Assembly: GCA_963748625.1 (NCBI GenBank)
Contig: CAVVJT010000003.1
Location: 270,952-334,951 of the forward strand
Direction: 5' to 3'
DNA from: an uncultured Chloroflexia bacterium
GTDB lineage: Bacteria > Chloroflexota > Limnocylindria > Limnocylindrales > CSP1-4
DNA length: 64,000 bases
The position numbers and the translations under genes were made by a program. Under the pieces are notes generated by a model. That model was not told the origin of the DNA. It did no database searches and saw only the letters and a list, made by a program, of their open reading frames with translations. Shown piece by piece: positions 20,370-29,173 of this stretch (positions are counted from its first letter, which is position 1; the number at the start of each line of letters is the position of its first letter).

Positions 20370-21155
20370 CTACGAGGCTGGCGCGCCCCCCTCTTCGGCC
20401 GCAGTCATGGGCTTCGTGCGCAGGAAGCGCCGATCGGCGACCCGGTATGCCTCTGCCTCGAGCCAGTCGAGCACGTCCTGTGCGCCTCGTCTCTGATCGA
20501 GAAGGACGTACTCGAGGCGACCGACAGCCTCGACCGTCTCGTCGGTCGGGTACAGCTCTTCGATGGCACGGCGGCCCAGCTTGACCGCGTCGTCCATGGA
20601 CGCCCGCGACCACCATCGCTCCTGGATGGCCAGGATCATGGCTGCCTGCCCTGCCAGGATTTCTGGAGTTGGCGGCGCCTGGATCTTGACCTCCTCCCAC
20701 TTCCGGTCGAGCCACCGCATCGGGTCCGACTCGGCAAGGTCGGCGAGCTCGTCCTCCCTTGCTCGTCGCCGCTCCTCCTGCATCGCCATCCGGGCAAGAT
20801 CCTGGCTGCCGAGCGAGAGGCTGCTGCTGGCCACCTCACGCCACGGATCGTCGTCAAGGTCGTCGGTAGCAAGGAACGCCCTGTCCTCGGGACAGATCTC
20901 GGACTGCCCGAAGTCGCGGTGGAAGACGGCCACCGCGTGCCCGACGAGATCGCGGAAGTCAGCGAAGGTGGTGACGCGCTCCTTGAGGGGACGGACCCAC
21001 ACGACATCCGGATGCCTGGCGTTGACGTCGGCAATGAACGACTCGATCTCGCCCGGGGTCGCCTCGACCACACCGCTGTCGAAGCCGGCAGACCCCATGT
21101 GGTCACTGTGGCCCGGTGTCATGTCGAACCAGTACAAGCGTTTGGTCCCAGTCAT
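20370..21155 (-). CDS. Hypothetical protein
   Basis: 261 aa, GGAG RBS, acidic and helical composition. Confidence 0.7.
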   Translation of the reverse strand: MTGTKRLYWFDMTPGHSDHMGSAGFDSGVVEATPGEIESFIADVNARHPDVVWVRPLKERVTTFADFRDLVGHAVAVFHRDFGQSEICPEDRAFLATDDLDDDPWREVASSSLSLGSQDLARMAMQEERRRAREDELADLAESDPMRWLDRKWEEVKIQAPPTPEILAGQAAMILAIQERWWSRASMDDAVKLGRRAIEELYPTDETVEAVGRLEYVLLDQRRGAQDVLDWLEAEAYRVADRRFLRTKPMTAAEEGGAPAS

Positions 21156-21263
21156 CTTGTCTCCGGTGTCGGCGGTCGCCTGGGTTCGACTACCTTCCCA
21201 GGCTTGGATCTACCGCCGCTCGTCGGCGAGATGGATAGCAGCCCGAGGTAGCCTGACTACCGG

Positions 21264-22370
21264 CTACCCCGTTGCACGGACGATCTCCAACGCGTCGTCG
21301 CGCAAACGCTCGATCTCTGCGCGTGGCAGCCCGCGCGAGCGGTGCGCCAGTGCTTCGAGTGCATTGGCCATCTGGCGCGCGATGGTCGGTGACACCTCTG
21401 TGGGCAAAGCCCAGAGCATCCAAATGCCGTTCATCAACTGGAGGGCGTCCCGGGGCGAGAGTACGCGCAGCCGATCAACGAGCGCGGACAGCACGACGTC
21501 CCGGGTATCGGGGAGCTGCTGCGTGAGGTAGCGGGCAGCCGTCCCAGCGACCGCGAGCCTGGCCGGGGTGGCGCCCGGTCGCCCTGCCTCGAAGTCCGAC
21601 CAAGCCCTCGCAACCGTTTTACGTGAGATGTCGCTCGACCCGGGAGCCCCGCTCGCGAGGACCGCGAGGGCACGGGCCCGTCGACGCGGCGACGGGCTCG
21701 CGAGGTGCGGTTCCGCCCATCTCCGGAGGTCGAGGGGGTTGAACCAGTCCACAGCCACCTCATCCTCGCGGCACGCGTAGCGGTACCACGTGGGGTCGTC
21801 CTCAAGGTCTTCGGCGAGACGGATCGTCGACTGCACACGATGCATCTCGAACTGCTCCAGCTCCCCTGCTCCGTGGCGAGCGACGAGCGCTCGAAGGCGC
21901 TCCGACCGGTCAACCAGATCCCGGACATCCAGATTGGCCGCAGCCGAGCCGAAGATCCAGGCTGGATCGAGGACCGACCCTGGCTTCCCGAACCGATCAC
22001 GTCCGCGATAGGCCGCCTCCACGGCGGGCCCGAGGTCGCCGGTGCCACCCCATGTGGCCAGCACGGCAACCACACGCGTGATGTGGTTGTCGCAATGAAA
22101 CTCCTCCACCGGGGATTCCACGAGCTCCCGGCCCCGACGGAGAACGGCAGCCAGAAGCCTGTCGTCGATCTGTTGTCGCGGACCGGAGAGATCGGCGTAG
22201 AACTCGATCCACGACTCGCACCGGAGGAACGCGGATTCCGAGTCCAGGTTCCGCACCTCGCGCCAAGGGGCAGCGACCCCCTGCCAGACCTCCTCGCGGT
22301 CTGCGGGCAGTGCACGACGAGCGCGCTCGAGGGGTTGAGCCGACCCGGGCCCGCGTCCCTCATCAACCAC
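21264..22370 (-). CDS. Hypothetical alpha-helical protein
   Basis: ORF 21264..22472 trimmed to GTG 22370, just after the upstream stop. Confidence 0.6.
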   Translation of the reverse strand: MVDEGRGPGSAQPLERARRALPADREEVWQGVAAPWREVRNLDSESAFLRCESWIEFYADLSGPRQQIDDRLLAAVLRRGRELVESPVEEFHCDNHITRVVAVLATWGGTGDLGPAVEAAYRGRDRFGKPGSVLDPAWIFGSAAANLDVRDLVDRSERLRALVARHGAGELEQFEMHRVQSTIRLAEDLEDDPTWYRYACREDEVAVDWFNPLDLRRWAEPHLASPSPRRRARALAVLASGAPGSSDISRKTVARAWSDFEAGRPGATPARLAVAGTAARYLTQQLPDTRDVVLSALVDRLRVLSPRDALQLMNGIWMLWALPTEVSPTIARQMANALEALAHRSRGLPRAEIERLRDDALEIVRATG

Positions 22371-22378
22371 TTCGCGGG

Positions 22379-23422
22379 CTACGGTCGAGGGTTGCACGGC
22401 ACGGTCGGCAGAGAGGACTGGACGCCGAGCGCATCGCTCGGGATCCAGTCGCGAATCTCCGAAGTGTCCCACGCAGCCCGGCCCGAGAGCAGGACCTGAC
22501 CATCAGGAACGGAGACAAGGGCCTGGTGGTCATCGCCAAGGACCCAGAGCGCCCGGCCGTCAGGGGACCAGTCCATGACACGCATCCCGGCCAGCGCCGG
22601 CAGTTCAATGATGTCGCCGCCGCCCGTCGGGATCAGTCCCACGCGCGGCGTGGTAAGGGTGGCGGCGATCCATCGACCATCCGGAGAGAACTTCGAGTCG
22701 TACGCGTCGTTCACCATTACACCGTCCGGAAGGATCTGCCTGGTGGCCTTGCTCGCGACATCGACCGCCATCAGCGTAAGCGGGTTCCCGTCAGTGCTCT
22801 GACGGTAGAGTATTTCCCGCCCGTCGGGCGACCAGTCCAACAGGACGGCTCCGACATCTTCACCGAGCAGGGGCTCGGCGAGTTCGTCGACATTCGCAGG
22901 CCCCGGCCCGTTCAACGGCACAACGTGGGATTCGCCCACGTTCCCCAATTCGTAGGTTGCCAGTTGGGAGCCGTCCGGCGAGACAATGACGCGACTGAAC
23001 ACGGAGCCCCACGGGTTTTCACCCGTCAAGTAAAGCCTGCCGACAGGAGCCTCTGTGTTTCCGCGAAAGACCAGGAGGCCCCCCTCGCACATCCCGACGA
23101 GCGTCTTCCCATCTCTTGACCACCTGAACCCGTTGTACTTGAGGTCAAAGTAGTTCGGCTCGACAGGGCGCTCCCACTCGGAGTCGACGCTCACGACGTT
23201 CATTTGATCGGGATTGACACCCGCCACGACCGGGACCGGGAATGCCCAGACGCTTGGCGCCTCAGACACTGTGGACGCGGTTCCTTTCGCTTCAGCCACG
23301 TTCTCTGATGCAGTCCCGGCGCCCGGACCCGAGCAGCCGGCCAGTAGGGTGGCGACAGCAAGCAGGCCCGAGGTGAGCACCAGAATTGGCTGCGGCTGCG
23401 AGGTGAAGGGTCGAGCGTTCAC
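22379..23422 (-). CDS. TolB/WD40-like beta-propeller lipoprotein
   Basis: Lipobox LLAGC; WSRDG, VSPDG, WSPDG, FSPDG repeats; AGGAG RBS. Confidence 0.85.
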   Translation of the reverse strand: MNARPFTSQPQPILVLTSGLLAVATLLAGCSGPGAGTASENVAEAKGTASTVSEAPSVWAFPVPVVAGVNPDQMNVVSVDSEWERPVEPNYFDLKYNGFRWSRDGKTLVGMCEGGLLVFRGNTEAPVGRLYLTGENPWGSVFSRVIVSPDGSQLATYELGNVGESHVVPLNGPGPANVDELAEPLLGEDVGAVLLDWSPDGREILYRQSTDGNPLTLMAVDVASKATRQILPDGVMVNDAYDSKFSPDGRWIAATLTTPRVGLIPTGGGDIIELPALAGMRVMDWSPDGRALWVLGDDHQALVSVPDGQVLLSGRAAWDTSEIRDWIPSDALGVQSSLPTVPCNPRP

Positions 23423-23548
23423 GTCGGTCTCCTGATGGTGAGGCGTGATTGGGTGTAGCAGGTGGGCCCCTCGCCGAACGATGCTGGATGGCCCAGTAGG
23501 CTCCCGCCCGACGGCACGTCCGTCGGGCGGGTGCGATCGAGCGGAGGC

Positions 23549-24226
23549 CTACCAGGTGGCGACCACCGACAGGAACTTTCCCTTGACCGTCAGTGCCGCG
23601 GAGGTGGCGACGTTCGAGCCTGCGACGGAGGCTCCCATGCCGACGAGGATCCGGTAGACGTGACCCTTCACGATGGTCGAACCGGAGAAGGCAGGCGAGT
23701 AGTCGGAGGGGGTGGTCCCGGCCGTCGTCTGGGTCGAGGCCCGGGTGTACGGGTAGACCGCGGCGCACGGGGCCATGTTCACTGTCGTGAGCGTCTTCGC
23801 CGCTGCCACCCGCTTCGCAGTGGCGTCGTAGAGCTGAACGACGAGGTTGGCGCCGCCTCGGGCAAAGCCCATCATGATCGCGCTGCACTGCCAGGACCAG
23901 GCAAACGAGCCGCGAATCCGTGCCGTGATCTTGCCACCCGTGGTGCCGCTGTATGTGAAGTTCGGGCTGTTGAGACCGGTGGAACCGACGCCCTCAGGTG
24001 CGACGAGACGGAAGGTGTCGCTGTACGCGGTCGTGAGCCAGAAGCTGTTGTAGCCGCCGCCATACGTGACGCCAACGTTGCCGCTGATGACCGGCGCGAC
24101 CGGCAGACTCTTCGCGTACGAGAGCGTCACGCCCCCGGCTGCCACCGGGCCAGCGGCGACGATCGTGGCGAGCGCGGCCAACGCGAACGAGCCGGCGATG
24201 CTGCGCCTGACCACTGCGAGCTTCAT
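23549..24226 (-). CDS. Secreted beta-rich protein
   Basis: Signal peptide MKLAVVRR...PVAA; 225 aa. Confidence 0.8.
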   Translation of the reverse strand: MKLAVVRRSIAGSFALAALATIVAAGPVAAGGVTLSYAKSLPVAPVISGNVGVTYGGGYNSFWLTTAYSDTFRLVAPEGVGSTGLNSPNFTYSGTTGGKITARIRGSFAWSWQCSAIMMGFARGGANLVVQLYDATAKRVAAAKTLTTVNMAPCAAVYPYTRASTQTTAGTTPSDYSPAFSGSTIVKGHVYRILVGMGASVAGSNVATSAALTVKGKFLSVVATW

Positions 24227-24292
24227 CCCTGGATCCTCCGGGATGCCACCGACCCGCGTGCTTGCGGGCCTGTCGTGTCATCCATGAGGTGA

Positions 24293-24319
24293 TGAGGGCG
24301 CACGAGCGAAGTCCTTACA
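24293..24319 (-). promoter_or_regulatory. Putative ECF promoter TGTAAG-N17-CTCA
   Basis: Upstream of 24226; one of five copies with identical spacing. Confidence 0.7.
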
Positions 24320-24555
24320 CCCTGCGTCGAAACTTCCTCGCATATCGTCGAACACGCCACGGCGGCCATTGGCCCGCAGTGGCGACCGGGGCGAATCCCG
24401 ACCGGATCGGCGACAAACAGGTCAGTGTCACACCGTTGGATTCAGTGCTACGCGGCGCCCAGGAGCATTAGGCCCCTCGTGCGCTGCCGTCGCGTACGCA
24501 ATGGAAACCCTGAGTACCGAGCGGGTCAGCCCCGTGTCCTACCTGGGTGAACAAC

Positions 24556-26358
24556 TCAGGGCCACATCGGTGCGGGCGGGATCTCACCGTTCGGGTAGAG
24601 GGTCGCGAGGTCGATGACGAGGAACTCCACGTACCCGTTGTACCTGCGAGTCAGTCTCTGGTATCGAGTTGTCGTTTTGATCCTGAGCGACTTGCCGGGC
24701 ACGAGCGTGTACGTCTCCTTCGTCCCAAGGGGGATGGGGCCAGCCGCGAGGCGGGCGCCGCTGAATGCGACGTAGACGGGCCGGATCTGGACGCGCCCCG
24801 GCAGGTTGCGCGGTCTGATCACCATCGAGCCGGCCGGCTTGCGCAGGCCGGGTCGGCAGGACATGCGCGTACCTCCAAGGTCATAGCACCGAATGTAGTG
24901 GAAGGGGTCGGCCGAGAATGGCTCGACCCAGCGGGCGGACAGCACCTCAACTCCGATCTCAGCCACCCTGCCAGCATCCTTGCCAGACAGGAGCAGCGGC
25001 CCGTCTCGTTCCCACTCCTCCAGATCGAGTGCCTGCTCGACGCTCCTGACTTGGGCGCCGGTGACCTTCCGTCCCTTCTTGTCAAGGGGCGTGAAGGCGA
25101 GCTGCAGGACCGGGTATCCCTGGGAACGTAGGTTCAACGACTCGAGCATGAACGGCCAACCGTCGACAGGTCTGGCCCTGATCATCAAGCCCACGGTGTC
25201 GGGACTCGCGGTCGGTCTGGGTGCAGGCGAGCCCGCGGAAGTGGGTGCGGGCGAAGCCGTTGCACTCGGTGCGGGCGAAGCTGTCGGGCTCGGTGCGGGC
25301 AGAGGTGTGGAGACTGACGGTGCGGGCGAAGCCGTCGGGCTCGGTGCGGACTGCGGACCTGCGACGACCGCGGCAGGAGCAGGCGTGCCCGTCGCTGCAG
25401 GTGACGCCATCCCCGGTGCCGAGACTGCGACCTGGGTCAGCGCGACGGCGCCAACGATCGCGATCGCGGCGACAAGGAGCATCACGACCTTCATCGGGAT
25501 TGCCGTCACTGCGGCGTGCGTGGTGGTGCCTGTCCCGCCCTTAGTTGGGTCCGTCGCCGAGCCCGCCTGGGCTCCTGTCTCACTCCCCGGTACCGGTGCT
25601 CCGGCGCCGGTGACCTGCATCCGGATCGCCTCGCCCATGCCGGCGGGGGCCGGGATGAGCGGCAGGATCCCGAGAGCACGCGACGCGCCCCGCAGCTCCT
25701 CGTCGATCGTCTGGCAGGTCGTGCATGCGGCGAAGTGGGCCGTGAACTCGGGCGTCGCCTTGGCCGGGGCCTCAATCCTGTCCAGCAGGTCGTCGCGGAA
25801 GCCCCGGCAGGTCGCTGCGGCCCCATGGATCCCGTACAGACGGTCGGCGTAGCGGCGGCGGACCGAGCGCCGCGCCCGGTGGACGAGGACGTACACCGAG
25901 TTCGCCGTCTTGCCCAGGGCCTCGGCGATCTCGGGCGCATCGCGGCCCTCGGCGACCATGGTGAGCACGGCCCGCTGGTCCGGGGCGAGGTCGTCCACCA
26001 GGCCCCAGACCGTGGCGAGCTGGTCGGCTGCGACGGTCGCGTGCGCCGGGTCGAGCGAGGGGTCCGTCTCGACCAGGCCCGGCCGCTCGAACGTCTCGCC
26101 GTCGGCGCCCTCGGTCTCGAGCGGTGCGTCACGGGCGTCGCGCAGGCGGGCCCGGCGGATGGCCTCGCGCGAGACGACGGTCGTCAGCCACGGACCCGCA
26201 TCCAGGATCCGGTCAGCGCCCTGGTAGGCCCGGACGAACGCCTCCTGGACGACGTCGGCGGCGAGGTCCTCGTCGCGCAGGATGCGCCGGCTGATCGAGT
26301 ACAGGCGCGTGCTGTGCGACGCGTACAGCGCGTCGAAGGTGGAGACGTCGAGTGCCAT
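24556..26358 (-). CDS. ECF sigma factor fused to zf-HC2 anti-sigma domain, TM helix, P/S/T linker and ectodomain (copy A)
   Basis: Sigma2 AADVVQEAFVRAY...PWLTTVVSREAI; sigma4 LAPDQRAVL...EIAEALGKTANSVYVLVHRARR; C...HFAACTTC; TM VVMLLVAAIAIVGAVAL. Confidence 0.9.
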   Translation of the reverse strand: MALDVSTFDALYASHSTRLYSISRRILRDEDLAADVVQEAFVRAYQGADRILDAGPWLTTVVSREAIRRARLRDARDAPLETEGADGETFERPGLVETDPSLDPAHATVAADQLATVWGLVDDLAPDQRAVLTMVAEGRDAPEIAEALGKTANSVYVLVHRARRSVRRRYADRLYGIHGAAATCRGFRDDLLDRIEAPAKATPEFTAHFAACTTCQTIDEELRGASRALGILPLIPAPAGMGEAIRMQVTGAGAPVPGSETGAQAGSATDPTKGGTGTTTHAAVTAIPMKVVMLLVAAIAIVGAVALTQVAVSAPGMASPAATGTPAPAAVVAGPQSAPSPTASPAPSVSTPLPAPSPTASPAPSATASPAPTSAGSPAPRPTASPDTVGLMIRARPVDGWPFMLESLNLRSQGYPVLQLAFTPLDKKGRKVTGAQVRSVEQALDLEEWERDGPLLLSGKDAGRVAEIGVEVLSARWVEPFSADPFHYIRCYDLGGTRMSCRPGLRKPAGSMVIRPRNLPGRVQIRPVYVAFSGARLAAGPIPLGTKETYTLVPGKSLRIKTTTRYQRLTRRYNGYVEFLVIDLATLYPNGEIPPAPMWP

Positions 26359-26408
26359 GGGTCAGGGGGCCGGCTGGATGGCGGGGTCGATGGCGCTCGT
26401 CACCCGGG
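25233..26408. repeat. 1176-bp direct repeat, copy 1 (ECF core)
   Basis: Matches 32805..33980 at offset 7572; alternate-frame ORFs in both copies are also identical. Confidence 0.95.
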
Positions 26409-26451
26409 CGAGCCCGGCCATGCGTCTGTACGTGACGAAACGGTTCGGCAT
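26362..26451 (-). CDS. Possible 29-aa leader peptide in frame with the ECF gene
   Basis: GGGAG RBS; MPNRFVTYRRMAGLARVTSAIDPAIQPAP* followed by CCC ATG. Confidence 0.35.
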   Translation of the reverse strand: MPNRFVTYRRMAGLARVTSAIDPAIQPAP

Positions 26452-26627
26452 GAGGCTCCCCCAGTGCGGACTGTGTGGGACGCCGCGCGGCGATCATAGG
26501 CGGGATGCATCCTCGTGCGTGGGGCGTGCACGTCGTGCTTCCTACGCTCCTCGCGTTCTCGCAGACATATGCCGAGCGCCCGGCCATGGCTGGGGCGTCT
26601 TCAGCGCCACGCGGTCGACGGTCTCCT

Positions 26628-26894
26628 CTACCCGGGGCGCCACTTCGCTCGTGGTGGCACGACAGCCTCCCAGTCATCGGCCGGAACGACCCGGTCCCAG
26701 CTCCAGCGGCGCTTCGCGGCGAAGCCGTGCCAGTACGAGAGATCCCCCATCCAGCCGCTTGTTGCGAGGCTGCCCGCGACGACAGGGTAGGACGGCACCT
26801 CGCCGGGCGACCGACCCTCGACCCATCGGAAGTAGTCGACGCGGCGCCGGATCACGCGCGATCGATGCGCCCGTCGCAGTGCTCGCTTGGCCAT
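26628..26894 (-). CDS. Small basic hypothetical protein
   Basis: 88 aa, GGAG RBS, immediately downstream of a promoter motif copy. Confidence 0.6.
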   Translation of the reverse strand: MAKRALRRAHRSRVIRRRVDYFRWVEGRSPGEVPSYPVVAGSLATSGWMGDLSYWHGFAAKRRWSWDRVVPADDWEAVVPPRAKWRPG

Positions 26895-26929
26895 CAGTCA
26901 CTCTCCAGTCCAATCACTCCGTGAAGGGT

Positions 26930-26956
26930 TGAGTCCCGACGGCGGGCGTCCTTACA
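26930..26956 (-). promoter_or_regulatory. Putative ECF promoter TGTAAG-N17-CTCA
   Basis: Upstream of 26894 and ECF copy A. Confidence 0.7.
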
Positions 26957-27005
26957 CCCCGCCCACGATTCGGCGGCGCTGTGGGGAACGACCTGCAGTC
27001 GAGCT

Positions 27006-27066
27006 GGCGAGTGGCTGCGGACTGGACGCGGCCAGCCGTGCTGGCATTGGCGATCGGGGTGTCCAT
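27006..27066 (-). pseudogene. 5' remnant of a paralog of the 33972..35432 gene
   Basis: MDTPIANASTAGRVQSAATR versus MDTSTANATTDGPAQSSATR; DNA 27006..27159 is homologous to 35372..35525. Confidence 0.75.
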
Positions 27067-27117
27067 GGTTGCGCGTTCCCTCCGACGTTCGGCGGCAATA
27101 TGCCGCCGATAGGCACT

Positions 27118-27144
27118 TGAGCCGCGAGGGAGCCGCGTCTTACG
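27118..27144 (-). promoter_or_regulatory. Putative ECF promoter CGTAAG-N17-CTCA
   Basis: Homologous to the 35484..35510 copy. Confidence 0.65.
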
Positions 27145-27149
27145 CCTTT

Positions 27150-27554
27150 GCAGAACGGTTGCGGGCGCTGTGCACGGAAGGACTGCTGACGGACGAGAAG
27201 AACGGCTTCGAATGCGACTTGCTCCGCGAAGGGATCTCCCTCGACGAAGTCTCCCTCCTGGTCGACCTGAAGAGCCCGTCCTCGAGCGGTCAGTTCGCCC
27301 TTATCGCAGGCGGCGGGGACGCCGTCGTGCGCCCGGAAGACGTCCCGGAAGTGCTGGCGGTGCTCACAGCGGGCCTGGGCGATGCAAACGCGGAGCGTGT
27401 GATCGCGGCCCTCCGAGCGTTGCCGAATTCCTACTACTGCCATTGGCCGGTCCTCGTCGACGGCGGGTACCAGATCACCCTGAAATGCGATGAGCGGTAC
27501 CCGTCTTGGGCCGTTGAGGTACTACTCGAAGACGGCATGCCAATGACCCCGTAG
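27150..27554 (+). pseudogene. Probable 5'-truncated gene fragment
   Basis: Protein-like 3' part of ORF 27069..27554, whose 5' end overlaps the opposite-strand promoter repeat. Confidence 0.4.
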
Positions 27555-27617
27555 CGAGAGAAGCCCAATGGCTCCGGCCGATCGACCACCATGCAAAATC
27601 TTCGGCTATGGCTCGCC

Positions 27618-27644
27618 TGTAAGGAATGGTTCCGATCTGGCTCA
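27618..27644 (+). promoter_or_regulatory. Putative ECF promoter TGTAAG-N17-CTCA
   Basis: Upstream of the META lipoprotein gene. Confidence 0.7.
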
Positions 27645-27703
27645 ACCATTCAGGCGTGCAGAACACTCACCGCCGCGCCATCTTGAGCACCCTGGAGCAA
27701 CAC

Positions 27704-28678
27704 GTGCGCAGACTGACGACACTCTTGACCACGACCCTCGCCGCTGGCGCCATCCTGACGGCCTGCGGCGGGAGCAACGCCGACGCGCTCACTGCCAAGA
27801 AGAATGCCGAGGCCCTCACTGGCGACAGTTGGCTACTCACGAGCACCACCCTCAAGGTCCCCGCATTCCAGGCGGTCGTGGCGCCCGAGGACCAGACGAA
27901 GTTCGCGATCACGTTCGACGCAAACGGGATCTTCAACGCCGCCGCCGACTGCAACCTACTCACGGGCACCTACACGACCACGGGAGCGGACGGTCTGTCG
28001 ATCACCCCGGGTCCCACGACGACCGAATTCTGCGGGGAGGGCTCGTTCGACTTCCTCTTCGCGCAAGCGCTGGGCAAAGTCTCGACTTACACCATCACGG
28101 CTGACGAGCTGACCACGACGCTATCGGACGGGGGCACCCTGACGTACGCCTCCGCCCAACGTCTCACCCAGGAGGAGGGCGTCAGCCCCGACGGCAGCAT
28201 GAATGAATGCGCGTTCGTCTCGTCCGCCGACGCGTCGGACGCCCTTGGCGTCGAGGTGGGGGCCGTGCCCCTGGGCGGACTCGTGGACGCCACCGTGGGA
28301 CAGATCCTCGACAAGCGCGTCATCCCCGACGCGGAGGAGTGCTGGGTCGTTGGGGGGAGCACGGCCACGACAGGGCGCATCGCGCGCCAGGTCGGCGACG
28401 ATGCATCAGGGTCGTTCAACGCGGCGAGGGCCACGGCGATCGCCAGCGCCTACTTCGCCGGCGACGTCTCCGGCCTCGGCGACCAGGCGTTCTGCACCGG
28501 CATGTCAGAAGCGGAATCGTTCGGGGTGCTCGTGCTGCGTGGCGACACCCTCGTCTACGTGAGCCTGATCGATCCAGCTGTCGCCGGTTTGGACCGCCAG
28601 ACGAACAGTGACGGCGTGGTCACCTCGCCCAAGACGTGTGCTCTCGCCCAGGAGGTCGCGAAGAAGGTGCTTCGCTGA
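27704..28678 (+). CDS. META (HslJ-like) domain lipoprotein with a second Cys-containing domain
   Basis: Lipobox ILTAC; LTGDSWLLTS...ITFDANG...ADCN...GTY...TTTEFC; GGAG RBS before GTG 27704. Confidence 0.85.
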   Translation: MRRLTTLLTTTLAAGAILTACGGSNADALTAKKNAEALTGDSWLLTSTTLKVPAFQAVVAPEDQTKFAITFDANGIFNAAADCNLLTGTYTTTGADGLSITPGPTTTEFCGEGSFDFLFAQALGKVSTYTITADELTTTLSDGGTLTYASAQRLTQEEGVSPDGSMNECAFVSSADASDALGVEVGAVPLGGLVDATVGQILDKRVIPDAEECWVVGGSTATTGRIARQVGDDASGSFNAARATAIASAYFAGDVSGLGDQAFCTGMSEAESFGVLVLRGDTLVYVSLIDPAVAGLDRQTNSDGVVTSPKTCALAQEVAKKVLR

Positions 28679-29173
28679 GCAAGGCTCCAGGAGGTGCCGT
28701 CCTCGCGACGTAGCCGCCAACAGCCCATACCGTCACCGCGATCCCGGCCCACAGCACCCACCTGCCCAGGCGTCGTCCGGGCTCGGAGGCGTACAGCGTG
28801 CCGATCAAAGGGACTGCGCCGTGGGCGACCGAGACCAAGTTGGTCTTGACCGCCACGCCCGCCGACGCCCAGTCGAGATCCGGCCCGTAGGTGAAGGCTC
28901 CGATGAGGACCGCGACATACCCCGCCTCCACAGCAGCAGCGATCCCAAGCGAGGCGACCAGGGTTGCCGTCCAATGCGGGGTGACCTAAGTCGTGGCCGA
29001 TCGCCGCGCGATCTCGAGTCCTGCCTAACGGCTCCGCCGCGTGGCTTTGCCGGAATGCGGTGCCCCTCACGGTGTCGCTGCAAGACTCTCGAGCTATGCC
29101 GTATAGGAGTGTGCTGAACACCGGCTCACGCCTGCGCTCACGAGGGCAAGTGCGCCTGGCTCGTTGACTCCCG

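Noticed and set aside
26359-26364. Selenocysteine TGA upstream of the ECF start
   Set aside because: Not at a catalytic Cys-like position, and I could not identify a SECIS-like element.
25233-26408. Palindromes CCGCGG and CCCGGG at the duplication borders as recombination sites
   Set aside because: Six-base GC palindromes are very common at this GC content.
28620-29000. Membrane protein gene
   Set aside because: Hydrophobic frame but no clear start, and it overlaps the convergent META gene; probably a fragment.
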